64,000 bases of DNA from Actinomycetota bacterium (GTDB taxonomy: Bacteria; Actinomycetota; Actinomycetes; Actinomycetales; Microbacteriaceae), in assembly GCA_041191965.1 (NCBI GenBank), contig JBEENW010000004.1, positions 39,334 to 103,333 on the forward strand, in the 5' to 3' direction. Of the stretch, positions 30,884-40,456 are shown piece after piece (the first letter of the stretch is position 1; every line of letters starts with the position of its first letter). The position numbers and the translations under genes were made by a program. The notes below the pieces were generated by a model that searched no databases, had not been told where the DNA came from, and saw only the letters and a program-made list of their open reading frames with translations.

Positions 30884-31460
30884 AGAATCGAAGCGAGATC
30901 TGATTTAGGTAACCGATCAATAGAGCGAAGATTAGTGTGCCCTCCCTGGCTTGCCCGCCTAATAGAAAGCCAACCAGCACCACAAGTATCTCGATGCCTG
31001 TTCTGGCCTGCCAGAAAGGCAATTTGAAGCGTTGAGCAATGCCGACATTGAGCCCATCCCTGGGGCCCTTGCCCATGCCGCAGGAGATGTAGAGTCCGGT
31101 TGCAAACGACACCACGATCATGCCCGTGAGTAGCAACGCCAATCGAGCGAAATAGGACTCGAAGTCGGGCAAATAGGGCATAGCTAGATCCGCAAATACC
31201 CCAATCAAGATGGCATTGAGCACAGAGCCAAGCCCGGGTTTTACGCGTAGCGGAATCCAGAGAAGAAGCACGAGGGCAGAAACCACGATGGTTGATTGCC
31301 CAAAACTGATTCCAGTTTGTTTTGAAATGCCCTGAGCAAAAACATCCCAGGGGGCGACGCCAATCCCGGCTTTGACCATCATGGCAACGCCGATTCCATA
31401 GATGAATAGCCCGATTAGTAGCTTGATTAGGCGATAGCTAAAACTAGACTTGGGCACCAC
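30852..31460 (-). CDS. YczE/YitT-like integral membrane protein
   Basis: About 200 aa with five to six hydrophobic helices and a GIGVAPWDVF motif. The start is a tandem GTG GTG, and the second GTG (31457) fits leaderless geometry. Confidence 0.65.
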   Translation of the reverse strand: MVPKSSFSYRLIKLLIGLFIYGIGVAMMVKAGIGVAPWDVFAQGISKQTGISFGQSTIVVSALVLLLWIPLRVKPGLGSVLNAILIGVFADLAMPYLPDFESYFARLALLLTGMIVVSFATGLYISCGMGKGPRDGLNVGIAQRFKLPFWQARTGIEILVVLVGFLLGGQAREGTLIFALLIGYLNQISLRFFGLADKNGRV

Positions 31461-31463
31461 ACA

Positions 31464-31469
31464 AGACTA
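31464..31469 (-). promoter_or_regulatory. candidate -10 hexamer TAGTCT
   Basis: The complement reads TAGTCT at -12..-7 of the GTG at 31457. Only 17 bp separate this gene from the divergent GDPD start. Confidence 0.35.
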
Positions 31470-31477
31470 GGGGTGAG

Positions 31478-32218
31478 ATGGCTAGAACTGCCTATTTCGA
31501 CGGCCCACTCCCTCGCCTGCTTGCCCACCGTGGTTTGAGTGAACACTTGAATTCGGTCGCTGAGAACTCATTAGCTGCTTTTCATCAAGCAATCGCTCAC
31601 GGCGCCACTCACATCGAATCTGATGTCCATGCCACCAAAGACCACGTCGCAGTCCTATTTCACGATGATGACCTCAGCCGTGTTGCCGGGGTCAACAGCG
31701 CTATTGCTGACCTCACTCTCAAAGATTTGAGAGCTATTCGACTAAAAGGTGAGTCTGTGGTTCCAACGCTTGCGGAGGGGCTGGAGCTTGGGGTGAACCT
31801 CAATCTTGACATCAAGGCAAAACGTGCGATTAGGCCTACCGTTTCAGAAATTGAACGTTTTGCCGCTCACAATCGCGTTTTGGTGTCGAGCTTTTCCTCA
31901 AGCCGGCGACGTCAGGCCCTAAAACTACTCTCCGAGCCTGTTGCCACTAGCGCTTCAATGCGTGAGGTGGCGCTCGCCTATCTCAGTCACAGACTCGGTG
32001 GACTCGGGTTTGGCATTGCGGTTAGGGGTCTAGATGCATTCCAGATTCCGCCGAGGATGTACGGCATCACCTTTGCCGAGAAACGTTTTCTGGACCGACT
32101 TTCAAGGCATGGAATAGAGGCGCATTTCTGGACGGTGAATGATCCGGCCGAGCGCGAGCGGCTTATCTCACTGGGAGCTTCAGGGATCGTGAGCGACCGC
32201 GTCGACCTCATGAACTGA
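31478..32218 (+). CDS. glycerophosphodiester phosphodiesterase family protein
   Basis: LLAHRGL and IESDVHATKD motifs. Confidence 0.85.
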   Translation: MARTAYFDGPLPRLLAHRGLSEHLNSVAENSLAAFHQAIAHGATHIESDVHATKDHVAVLFHDDDLSRVAGVNSAIADLTLKDLRAIRLKGESVVPTLAEGLELGVNLNLDIKAKRAIRPTVSEIERFAAHNRVLVSSFSSSRRRQALKLLSEPVATSASMREVALAYLSHRLGGLGFGIAVRGLDAFQIPPRMYGITFAEKRFLDRLSRHGIEAHFWTVNDPAERERLISLGASGIVSDRVDLMN

Positions 32219-32295
32219 GTGTTTCCTGAAAATCTTTTCAATTTGGGACTCATCCCCTGCCTGCCGAGGTTCTTGTAACTAAACGGGAGGAAACC

Positions 32296-32655
32296 ATGGC
32301 TGAAACAATGCGAGGCATGCGCCTTGGCGCACAGTCACTCGAGACCGAATCGGGTGTTGAGTTCTCCCCCAGGGTCACGGTGAATTTCCGTTGTCCTGAG
32401 TCTCACGAATTCAATTTGATTTTCTCCGCCACCGCGGAGCTTCCCAACACCTGGGAGTGCAAGAAGTGCGAACTGATAGCTGTTCGACTTGAGAACGGTA
32501 ACTTGGTTGACCTTGCAGCGTCAGAAGACGATGGTCCAAGGACTCACTACGACATGGTTTTGGAGCGTCGTACCCGCGAGGAGTTAGAAGAGCTTCTGGC
32601 AGAGGTTCTTGCCGACATGAGAGCTCGTCGCTCTGCTGGCAAGCTCACCGCCTAA
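32296..32655 (+). CDS. rbpA: RNA polymerase-binding protein RbpA
   Basis: Conserved RTHYDMVLERRTREELEELL sigma-interaction region and an actinobacteria-specific fold-sized protein. A GGGAGG RBS is present. Confidence 0.9.
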   Translation: MAETMRGMRLGAQSLETESGVEFSPRVTVNFRCPESHEFNLIFSATAELPNTWECKKCELIAVRLENGNLVDLAASEDDGPRTHYDMVLERRTREELEELLAEVLADMRARRSAGKLTA

Positions 32656-33349
32656 AAAGCCTCTGAATCCCCCACTTGGTGCAAAGCCAAAACGCCTCCA
32701 GCACAATCTCGTGCGTCATCTTTGATGCCCCAGTTTCGCGCTCGATAAAGGTGATTGGAACCTCGGTAATCTCCGCCCCCAACTTTGCAACTCTCCTGGT
32801 CATCTCAACCTGAAACCCGTACCCCTGAGCCTCCAGGTCGGAGAGTTGCAGCTCCTCAATTAGCGAAGCGCTGTAAACCCTGAATCCAGCCGTCAAATCT
32901 CTTACTTTCAATCCGGTAGCAACCGCCGCATACCAGTTTCCAAATCGACTAATTAGCTGTCTTTGCAGCGGCCAATTCTCAACAGCTCCCCCGCTAACCC
33001 AGCGGGAACCAATTACAAGAGGAGATTCAGAGCTGAGAAGTTTAGAGAGATCTTCTGGGCGATGCGATCCATCGGCATCCATTTGGACAAGTCGCTGATA
33101 GCCGGCTGCTATCCCCCATCGATAACCAGCCAGATAGGCCTTGCCTAGACCCTCTTTGCCCCCTCGCTTGAGAAGTGAAACCCGGCTATTTTCAGCCGCA
33201 ATCCTCTCAACCAGGGCGGCTGTCCCATCAGGCGAGTTGTCGTCAATAACCAAAACATCTACCTGTTGATTCACCAAAAGCAAATGCTCTAGCGAATGCA
33301 TGATTCCAGCTGCTTCGTTATAGGTAGGCATCAGAACCAGAGTTTTCAT
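32645..33349 (-). CDS. ppm1: polyprenol monophosphomannose synthase (GT2)
   Basis: VLVIDDNSPDGT and VQMDADGSH. It lies immediately downstream of lnt, as in Actinobacteria. Confidence 0.85.
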   Translation of the reverse strand: MKTLVLMPTYNEAAGIMHSLEHLLLVNQQVDVLVIDDNSPDGTAALVERIAAENSRVSLLKRGGKEGLGKAYLAGYRWGIAAGYQRLVQMDADGSHRPEDLSKLLSSESPLVIGSRWVSGGAVENWPLQRQLISRFGNWYAAVATGLKVRDLTAGFRVYSASLIEELQLSDLEAQGYGFQVEMTRRVAKLGAEITEVPITFIERETGASKMTHEIVLEAFWLCTKWGIQRLFRR

Positions 33350-34845
33350 TTTCGTCTAATCACCGCCAGCGCGATTAGACCCGCAGCGGCTAGGAGTGCA
33401 TCGATCCAGCCACCAATAAATACTGCAGGGGTAATTGCCGTGTACAGCGGAACCTTGTTGACCATTGCACCCGGCTGATACCAGGTCAGCTCATTCAAAG
33501 TCTTGCCATCTGGCAGGTAGATTGCGCTGAGGCCGACTGTGGAGATGTTCACCACGGATCGGCCGGTTTCAATGGCTCGCAATTTAGCGATTGCAGCTTG
33601 TTGATAGGTCTCGTCGGAATAACCAAAATCAGCATTATTAGTTTGAGAGAGAATCACCTCTGCCCCACTACCAGCCAACTCTCGAGGTATCTGATCGATT
33701 GCAATTTCAAAACAAATCAAGGTGCCGGCGTTGAAATCCTCGAGTTCGAAGATCCCGTCTCGTTCACCAAAGCTGTATCCACGTGGCACCAGGTCAATCA
33801 GATCGGGTGCTAGCGCTCGCCAGAACGGACGATCCGGGACAAACTCCGCAAATGGAACAGGTCGCTTTTTGTCATATTGATCAATTGGTCCCTCGGTCGG
33901 GGACCAGAGCAGAGTGGAGTTGTAAACATCTTCACCAGTCTTGGTGATGGTTCCAAAGGTGAAGGGAGCATTGAATTCTTTAGCGATTTTGTCAATCGCA
34001 CTTCTGGCGGCAGCTGAGCGAAGCGGGTCCACATCAGAGGCGTTCTCCGGCCAGACAATGAGGTCTAGCTCGCCCGCCAGGTCAGACTCAGAAACTAACT
34101 TTGTGGCCTGAATGTGTTTATTCAAAATGGTGCCAGGCGTCAGGTTTGAAAATAGTCCGGCGTTTGCATTGCCCTGGACTGCGGCGATTGTCGCACTCCT
34201 CTCTGTTTGATTCAGAAGGCCAAGCGGGACAATCGCAGGCAAGGTAGCGATCAAACCGGCACAAACTGCAGCCAATCGAATCGGAAAACCACGTTTACGA
34301 GCCCCGATCGCGATGACCGCCAGAAGTGAACCGAGTAATGCCACTGCAAAGCTGACCAGGCTGATACCCCCAAAGAAGGCCCAGTTAGCCCAAGGCCCGT
34401 GGGCCTGCGCCATTCCAAGGCGCGACCACGGGAAGCCACCGTATGGGAAACTCATTGCGAGCCACTCTCGCAAGACCCAGATTGCCGCCGCCAAGATTGC
34501 GAACCACAGATACCGGTTTGTCTTTGGCTTTAGTTTTTTCCACAGCCAGCTCGTTAGACCAACACCCAGTGCGAAGTAGATCGACATCAGGGTGCTGAGC
34601 GCAAGCAGTGGCACCGGCCCGAGGTAAAGCGATATCCACTCAATGTGGGCGATGTAATAGACCTGTCCAGCCAGAAACCCGGTCAGTAGCGCAAGACGAA
34701 AACCCATCCCCAAAGTTGCAATCAGAATCAGTGCTGGCACCAGAGGTGAGAGCACCCAGATGTTTTCGGTTGGGAAAATATAGAGCGCGATGAGCCCGCC
34801 AATCATGGCCAGTGGTATTCGCCACCAGAGCTCTACTTTGCGCAC
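33346..34845 (-). CDS. lnt: apolipoprotein N-acyltransferase
   Basis: N-terminal polytopic domain plus a CN-hydrolase domain (IVWPENA, ICFEIA). Confidence 0.88.
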   Translation of the reverse strand: MRKVELWWRIPLAMIGGLIALYIFPTENIWVLSPLVPALILIATLGMGFRLALLTGFLAGQVYYIAHIEWISLYLGPVPLLALSTLMSIYFALGVGLTSWLWKKLKPKTNRYLWFAILAAAIWVLREWLAMSFPYGGFPWSRLGMAQAHGPWANWAFFGGISLVSFAVALLGSLLAVIAIGARKRGFPIRLAAVCAGLIATLPAIVPLGLLNQTERSATIAAVQGNANAGLFSNLTPGTILNKHIQATKLVSESDLAGELDLIVWPENASDVDPLRSAAARSAIDKIAKEFNAPFTFGTITKTGEDVYNSTLLWSPTEGPIDQYDKKRPVPFAEFVPDRPFWRALAPDLIDLVPRGYSFGERDGIFELEDFNAGTLICFEIAIDQIPRELAGSGAEVILSQTNNADFGYSDETYQQAAIAKLRAIETGRSVVNISTVGLSAIYLPDGKTLNELTWYQPGAMVNKVPLYTAITPAVFIGGWIDALLAAAGLIALAVIRRK

Positions 34846-34860
34846 CCGATAAGCCTAACT

Positions 34861-37305
34861 TCAGACGTAATAGGAGTTTGCGACGATGCCGCGCTTGATC
34901 AGGTCCATGGCTTTGTAGGCTGTCTCCGCCAGTTGCGGATTTGCACCCTGGGCGAGTTGATCCAATAGATCTACCAATTGCTTAGACCAGCGAATGAAGT
35001 CTCCCGGCAGTAAACCAGAGAGTTTCAACACATCGTCGAGCCTTGCCCCGGTTGCCCAGCGATACATGGGCCAGCAAAGGTTCAGCTCCAGCTGGGTCTC
35101 CTTAGGTAGCCGATGTTCGGTCTGAAGTTCCAAGAGTTGCTCCTGGATCAGTTCTGTCTTCTCCAGCGCTTCCCTGAAGTTCCCCTTGGGAAGTTTGGGT
35201 TCATAATCGCCCTCATCTTTTCTTCCCTCATAGACCAATGCCGTTGCGAGCGCGGCCAGGTTCGCAGGATCAAGCTGAGACCAAACTCCGCGATTGATGC
35301 ACTCTGCAATCAGTAGATCGCGTTCGCCATAAATCTTGCTCAGGCGAAGACCAGAGCTGGTGATCTCAAGGTCATCTTCACTTGGGACTAGATAACCAAG
35401 CTCGGTTAGTAGAAGACAAATACGATCAAAAACTCGTGCAACCTGGTTGGTGCGGCCTTCAATTTGCGCCACTGCTTGGTCAATCTCTTTGCGCAGCTTG
35501 TGGTAGCGCTCACCCCAGCGGGCATGGGCCTCGCGCTCTGCGCAGCCGTGACATGGATGCGCCCTCAATTCGCGCTTGAGTTCAGCAATCCTCATGTCCA
35601 GTTGGCGCTGACCCTTGGACATCCGAATGTCCTTGCCCGCTCGATGTTTGCTCTGGGCCCCACTACGTTCAAGATCGGTTAGCTCTCGGCGCATGCCTGA
35701 GTACTCAATGAAATCGCCAAGGTGGCAACTCAGAGCCTTTTCGTAACCTTCGAGTGACTCCTGCTTATCGGCGATCACTCGAGCTAGTCCAACAACTGAC
35801 CTGTCTGCCTGAAACTGAGCGAATGATCGCTCCAACACCTTGCTGGCACGTCTTGCCCCGAAAGCTGAAATCAGGTTCACAGCCATGTTGTAGGTGGGTT
35901 TGAAGCTCGAATTCAAAGGGTAGGTTCGCTTTGAGGCAAGACCTGCAACCAGGTTTGGATCTAGCTGGTTGCCCCAAACGATCACCGAGTGTCCCTCGGT
36001 GTCAATTCCTCGTCGTCCGGCACGACCGGTGAGCTGGGTGTACTCCCCCGCGGTTATGTTGACCCTTGACTCACCGTTGTACTTGTCAAGGCGCTCTAGG
36101 ACCACGGTTCGGGCCGGCATGTTGATGCCAAGTGCGAGGGTTTCAGTTGCGAATACGACCTTCACCAACTTGCGCAAAAAGAGCTCTTCTACGACCTCTT
36201 TGAATGCCGGCAGCATGCCCGCGTGGTGTGCTGCAACACCGCGCTCCAGCGAGCTCAGCCAGTCGAAATAACCAAGTGTGTCTAGGTCTTCATCTGCAAT
36301 TTGAGTGCAGCGGGCCTCTGCGACGCGTCTGATCTCCTGCTGCTCCTCTTTAGTGGTCAGCCTCAGTCCAGAACGCCTACAGCTTTCCACCGCCTTCTCA
36401 CACCCTGCTCTTGAAAAGATGAAGAAAATGGCGGGCAGCAATCCCTGCTGTCCCAAGACATCAACAATCTCTGGCTTTTCCAATCTGCCCGATTGGTGCA
36501 TCGCCCCGTGGCGCGGGCCACTTTGATAGTTGCCACCACCCCATTTGCCACGACGCTGTATTGGACCCCTGGCCCGAGCCTGGTGCTTTTTCAATAGCTC
36601 GGGATTTACGCGCATCTGGTTTGAGCCGGTTTCAAAGAGCTCGAGAACCTCATCACCAAATAGCACGTGCTGGTGCAACGGCACCGGTCGGTGCTCCGAA
36701 ACGATTACCTTGGTGTTGCCTCGAACCTCTGCCAGCCAGGCTCCAAACTCCTCAGCGTTTGAAACTGTGGCGGAGAGTGAAACCACCAATACATCCTTGG
36801 GTAGGTGAAGAATCACTTCCTCCCAGACCGCTCCCCGGAAGCGATCTGCAAGGTAATGCACCTCGTCCATGACTACATATGCAAGGTCCTTCAGGGCCAT
36901 CGAAGTCGCATAGATCATGTTGCGCAAGACCTCAGTGGTCATCACGACGATTTGTGCATCTGAGTTGTTGTTGGTGTCACCGGTCAGGAGTCCAACCTGA
37001 TCACGACCGTAGCGCGCTACTAGCTCGGCAAACTTCTGATTGCTAAGGGCCTTGATAGGCGTGGTGTAAAAAACCTTCTTGCCGCTCTGCACCGCAAGGT
37101 GGATGGCGAACTCCCCCACCACGGTCTTTCCAGCCCCCGTGGGGGCTGCAACTAAGACTCCGAAACCGCTTTCGAGTGCCTGGCAGGCATCAATTTGGAA
37201 CTTATCGAGTGGGAACTTTAGGCCGGCTGAGAACTCCTCGAGTTGCAAAAACTTGGCCCTCTGCTTGGCGAGCTTGTAACGCTCGGAGGGGCTTAGTTCA
37301 CTCAC
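34861..37305 (-). CDS. helY: Ski2-like DEAD/DEAH-box RNA helicase HelY
   Basis: AAPTGAGKT, MDEVHY and LSATV. Located downstream of tatC, as in mycobacteria. Confidence 0.9.
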   Translation of the reverse strand: MSELSPSERYKLAKQRAKFLQLEEFSAGLKFPLDKFQIDACQALESGFGVLVAAPTGAGKTVVGEFAIHLAVQSGKKVFYTTPIKALSNQKFAELVARYGRDQVGLLTGDTNNNSDAQIVVMTTEVLRNMIYATSMALKDLAYVVMDEVHYLADRFRGAVWEEVILHLPKDVLVVSLSATVSNAEEFGAWLAEVRGNTKVIVSEHRPVPLHQHVLFGDEVLELFETGSNQMRVNPELLKKHQARARGPIQRRGKWGGGNYQSGPRHGAMHQSGRLEKPEIVDVLGQQGLLPAIFFIFSRAGCEKAVESCRRSGLRLTTKEEQQEIRRVAEARCTQIADEDLDTLGYFDWLSSLERGVAAHHAGMLPAFKEVVEELFLRKLVKVVFATETLALGINMPARTVVLERLDKYNGESRVNITAGEYTQLTGRAGRRGIDTEGHSVIVWGNQLDPNLVAGLASKRTYPLNSSFKPTYNMAVNLISAFGARRASKVLERSFAQFQADRSVVGLARVIADKQESLEGYEKALSCHLGDFIEYSGMRRELTDLERSGAQSKHRAGKDIRMSKGQRQLDMRIAELKRELRAHPCHGCAEREAHARWGERYHKLRKEIDQAVAQIEGRTNQVARVFDRICLLLTELGYLVPSEDDLEITSSGLRLSKIYGERDLLIAECINRGVWSQLDPANLAALATALVYEGRKDEGDYEPKLPKGNFREALEKTELIQEQLLELQTEHRLPKETQLELNLCWPMYRWATGARLDDVLKLSGLLPGDFIRWSKQLVDLLDQLAQGANPQLAETAYKAMDLIKRGIVANSYYV

Positions 37306-38089
37306 TGGCTTCAGGTTCCGAAGCCAGCGTCTTGGCTAACTTTCGCTCTCTGCGCTTGTCATTGAGGTGGGCGACTCCAATAGAGGCGAAGTAGAGCGCC
37401 AAAAGTGGAATCATCAAAAGGAACATTGAGAAAGGCTCTGCCGCTGGGGTGGCTAGGGCTGCCAGGATGGCCATGACTAGCACAGCGACTCGCCAAGACT
37501 TCAGGATCCCCTTAGCGGTTGTGAGTCCCGCGAAGTTCATTAGAACCAAAACTACCGGCATCACAAACGAAAGACCAAACAGCAACAGCACGCGAATTGC
37601 GAACAGCACGTATTCCGCAGCGTTGATGACGTTGGTCGAACCCTCAGGAGTAAAGCCGATAAGACCGACCACGAACCTAGGCAGGTTGGTCCAAGCAAAC
37701 CAAGCTCCAGTAAGAAACAGTGGTAGTGCGGCAACCACAAAACCCAGCGCATAGCGCTTTTCTTTGGTTTTGAGTCCAGGGGCAACGAAAGCCCAGATGT
37801 TGTATAGCCACAGTGGGGCGGTCATGACCACGCCAAAGAATATGGAAAGTTGAATTCTCAGGTCGAAAGCTGCAACCACGGTTCCGAAGTTGACGACAGC
37901 ATCGATGCCTCTAGCCTCAGTGACTTCAAACAGTGGTTCTTGAAGTAGTGCGAAGATCGGATCGAATAGGTACCAACCGCCAACGGAACCAATCGCAATG
38001 AATAATGCCGACCATGTCAGCCTGACGCGCAGTTCCCTAAGGTGGGAACCCAAGGACATGCGGCGCTCTTTGTTTTTGCGCCGAAACAT
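37298..38089 (-). CDS. tatC: twin-arginine translocase subunit TatC
   Basis: Six-TM TatC pattern. The start shares one nt with the tatA stop. Confidence 0.93.
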   Translation of the reverse strand: MFRRKNKERRMSLGSHLRELRVRLTWSALFIAIGSVGGWYLFDPIFALLQEPLFEVTEARGIDAVVNFGTVVAAFDLRIQLSIFFGVVMTAPLWLYNIWAFVAPGLKTKEKRYALGFVVAALPLFLTGAWFAWTNLPRFVVGLIGFTPEGSTNVINAAEYVLFAIRVLLLFGLSFVMPVVLVLMNFAGLTTAKGILKSWRVAVLVMAILAALATPAAEPFSMFLLMIPLLALYFASIGVAHLNDKRRERKLAKTLASEPEASE

Positions 38090-38274
38090 TAGTCCTTCTG
38101 CTTCTCGCCTTCTTCGCCCTTCTTGGAGCCTTCAGCCTCTGGCTTCTTGATCTCCTTGCGGAAGATCTGCAGGGACTCTGCAACGCTCTTGGTTAGGGCA
38201 GGAAGCTTCGGTGCTCCCCAGAAAAGCAAAACGATTACGAGGATGACAATCCATTGCCAACTTTCGATCCTCAT
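38089..38274 (-). CDS. tatA: twin-arginine translocase subunit TatA
   Basis: TM helix followed by the FWGAPKLP hinge and an amphipathic, charged tail. Confidence 0.85.
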   Translation of the reverse strand: MRIESWQWIVILVIVLLFWGAPKLPALTKSVAESLQIFRKEIKKPEAEGSKKGEEGEKQKD

Positions 38275-38277
38275 TGC

Positions 38278-38577
38278 TCACCTTCTGTCTATGTTGATTG
38301 AGCTGATTCGAGCCACCAGTCTACGCTGTCTTTCCTCGCGCTCATGCGCTTTGCGCTGCTGCATCGCTTTTCTGGCGCGCAGCAATCTTGCTAGATCTTC
38401 TGGGGCACTCGGCTTTGCGGGTTGTATCGAAAATTCATCAGGTCCAAAGCTAGAGAGCGCCGCTTCTGTTTTCTTGATTTGACTGAGCAAAGACTTGGCT
38501 GCAAGCCAAAGTTTGTAGCCTGCAAGTGCAAATACGTATCCCGCTCCCAGAACCAGGCCAAGGTTAATCCACTCCAT
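38278..38577 (-). CDS. hypothetical single-pass membrane protein with Arg/Lys/Glu-rich tail
   Basis: The ORF fills the pafC-tatA gap exactly: TAAATG junction with pafC and a 3-nt gap to tatA. It has an N-terminal hydrophobic helix. I recognise no family. Confidence 0.5.
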   Translation of the reverse strand: MEWINLGLVLGAGYVFALAGYKLWLAAKSLLSQIKKTEAALSSFGPDEFSIQPAKPSAPEDLARLLRARKAMQQRKAHEREERQRRLVARISSINIDRR

Positions 38578-39534
38578 TTAGCCCTCCGCAGCCTCGAGAT
38601 TGAGCGTCCGTTTGGCGAAATTAACGACCGCCGCTCTTGCTTCAACTGGCGCAATCACTTTTGCGCGACCGCCAAATTTCGCGATGTGCCTTGCTAGCGC
38701 GGCGAAGCTGCCAACTTTGATTTCACCAACCACTACCCCGTCTCGCTCTTGGGCCTGACCAACCAAAGGGAAATTCCAAAAAATCTCGGTCGCCGTCTTC
38801 TCCACCTCAAGCTTTACGATTTGCTCGGTTTCAGAATCGCCAAATGAATCATCAGGCAATTCAGCTAGGCGAGCACTATCTGAAATTGGAGCGTCCGTGG
38901 CCTTTAGATCAACGACCCTATCTAGCCGAAAAGCCCTTAGGTCTTGATTTTTATGACACCAACCCCTGAGGTAGTAGCGGCCCTGCCAAAGATCTAAACG
39001 CAGCGGATCGACAATTCGCACCGCTCGCTCGCCCAGTTGGTTGAGGTAGTCAATCTCTAATTGAAGCTCGGAAATGATTGCCTTTTGAACTTTGTCCAAA
39101 GTCGCATCAAAACTCGGCGAGCTGACCCCAGACAGCTTGGCGGTTGAGCCAAAAAGTCGTCGCAGTTCCAAGAGCTCTTCGCTTTGGGAAAAAGGCTTCA
39201 CACCGCTTAGGTACTCAAGCCCGGCAGCAATTGCGGCGGCCTGCTTTCCCGATAGCTTGGGAGGGGTGTCCAGTCTTCCAACTCCTAGGTTGAGCGCCAC
39301 CTCACCCTCGTCCAGCGCCTCTTCATCGACGTAGAAGTGGGTTTCAAACCTAGTCATGTCTTCGCTATTGGCAATAGTGAGCACGGCTTTCTTGATGGCT
39401 GTTTCGCTCACCTGGAAATATCGCGCTAGTTCAACCACATCATGTGGACCCTCGCGTAGCACCAACCCCACGATAGAGAGCGCAAGATTGAACTGATCCT
39501 CGGCTCCGAGCTCTTGTTTAGGCATGGTTATCAA
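38578..39534 (-). CDS. pafC: HTH/WYL-domain transcriptional regulator PafC
   Basis: Second of two paralogous HTH-WYL proteins directly upstream of tatA-tatC-helY. A WYL-like segment RYYLRGWCH is present. Confidence 0.75.
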   Translation of the reverse strand: MITMPKQELGAEDQFNLALSIVGLVLREGPHDVVELARYFQVSETAIKKAVLTIANSEDMTRFETHFYVDEEALDEGEVALNLGVGRLDTPPKLSGKQAAAIAAGLEYLSGVKPFSQSEELLELRRLFGSTAKLSGVSSPSFDATLDKVQKAIISELQLEIDYLNQLGERAVRIVDPLRLDLWQGRYYLRGWCHKNQDLRAFRLDRVVDLKATDAPISDSARLAELPDDSFGDSETEQIVKLEVEKTATEIFWNFPLVGQAQERDGVVVGEIKVGSFAALARHIAKFGGRAKVIAPVEARAAVVNFAKRTLNLEAAEG

Positions 39535-40450
39535 TCACCGCCTGTAGCTGTTGAGTCACATAATCAGCCAGGGAGGCAGGTTCTAGGATTTTCACATCCA
39601 TACCTAGATCGATTAGCTCCTCGGCAAACAGTTCTCGGTCCATGAATGCAACCTGAACCTTGTCGCCACCGAAGTGATACCAGGCCTCGGAGCCGGGACG
39701 CAGCTCAAGCGTTGCCTGCTGCGATGCGATGTGTGTTTCTAAGGAAAGTTCTGCCGCCTCGATTGCGACAGCGTCAAAGCTCTCTGCTGCCATCTCGCTC
39801 AGGGTAACTTTGGAAACCATTCTGCGGAGTAGATAGTTTTTCAGCTCCCCGTTGTCGCCCGCCAGCAAAAGCCACTGCCCTGCCTTGAAGCGCAATCTCA
39901 CTGGGCTCAAAACCTTGAGTTCTGACGCCGCACCCGGCTTTTGGTATTGAACCTCGATCCGAACACCGCGGTCGATTGCCTCGGCAATCGGTGTGAAGTT
40001 TGGGTCCTTCGCAAAGAGTCTCGGTGAAACCACCTGCAGGCTCTGTTGTTCAAATGCTGCCCCGAATGCGCGCATTCTGGTCAGCGCAGACTGCGCCACG
40101 TGACCAAGACTCTGGTGGTTCCAAGCCTTTGCCGCCAATTCCAATAGCTGCATGTGACGCTCGTTGAGTGTGAAGCCCTGGGGCCAATCAAAAGCTTGCT
40201 TGGTTAGGCGATACCTAGTCGCCTCAGGGTCATCAGATCCTTCGCCGTCAATTACTTCGAGTTGTACACCCATGGTGCGGAGCAAGTCCTTGTCACGTTC
40301 GAACATACGATCGCGCGCCTCTTGGGTCTTGTTCTCCGCATAGCCAGAGACGCTCTCCAAAAGCTGTCGCTTGCTAACCCCGTAGTTCTGGGCGGCAACT
40401 AAACAGCAGGTCAGGGTAAACAGTCGCTCCGCTGGAGTCTGCTTACCCAT
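39518..40450 (-). CDS. pafB: HTH/WYL-domain transcriptional regulator PafB
   Basis: First of the paralogous pair, overlapping pafC by 17 nt. Synteny matches the mycobacterial pafBC-tatAC-helY arrangement. Confidence 0.75.
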   Translation of the reverse strand: MGKQTPAERLFTLTCCLVAAQNYGVSKRQLLESVSGYAENKTQEARDRMFERDKDLLRTMGVQLEVIDGEGSDDPEATRYRLTKQAFDWPQGFTLNERHMQLLELAAKAWNHQSLGHVAQSALTRMRAFGAAFEQQSLQVVSPRLFAKDPNFTPIAEAIDRGVRIEVQYQKPGAASELKVLSPVRLRFKAGQWLLLAGDNGELKNYLLRRMVSKVTLSEMAAESFDAVAIEAAELSLETHIASQQATLELRPGSEAWYHFGGDKVQVAFMDRELFAEELIDLGMDVKILEPASLADYVTQQLQAVIDNHA

Positions 40451-40456
40451 CTTGAG

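Noticed and set aside
38278-38577. orf99 as a divergent TatB subunit.
   Set aside because: It lacks the conserved Gly/Pro hinge and the F-G-x-x-K-L-P motif that the adjacent TatA has. Only the single TM helix plus charged tail is similar.
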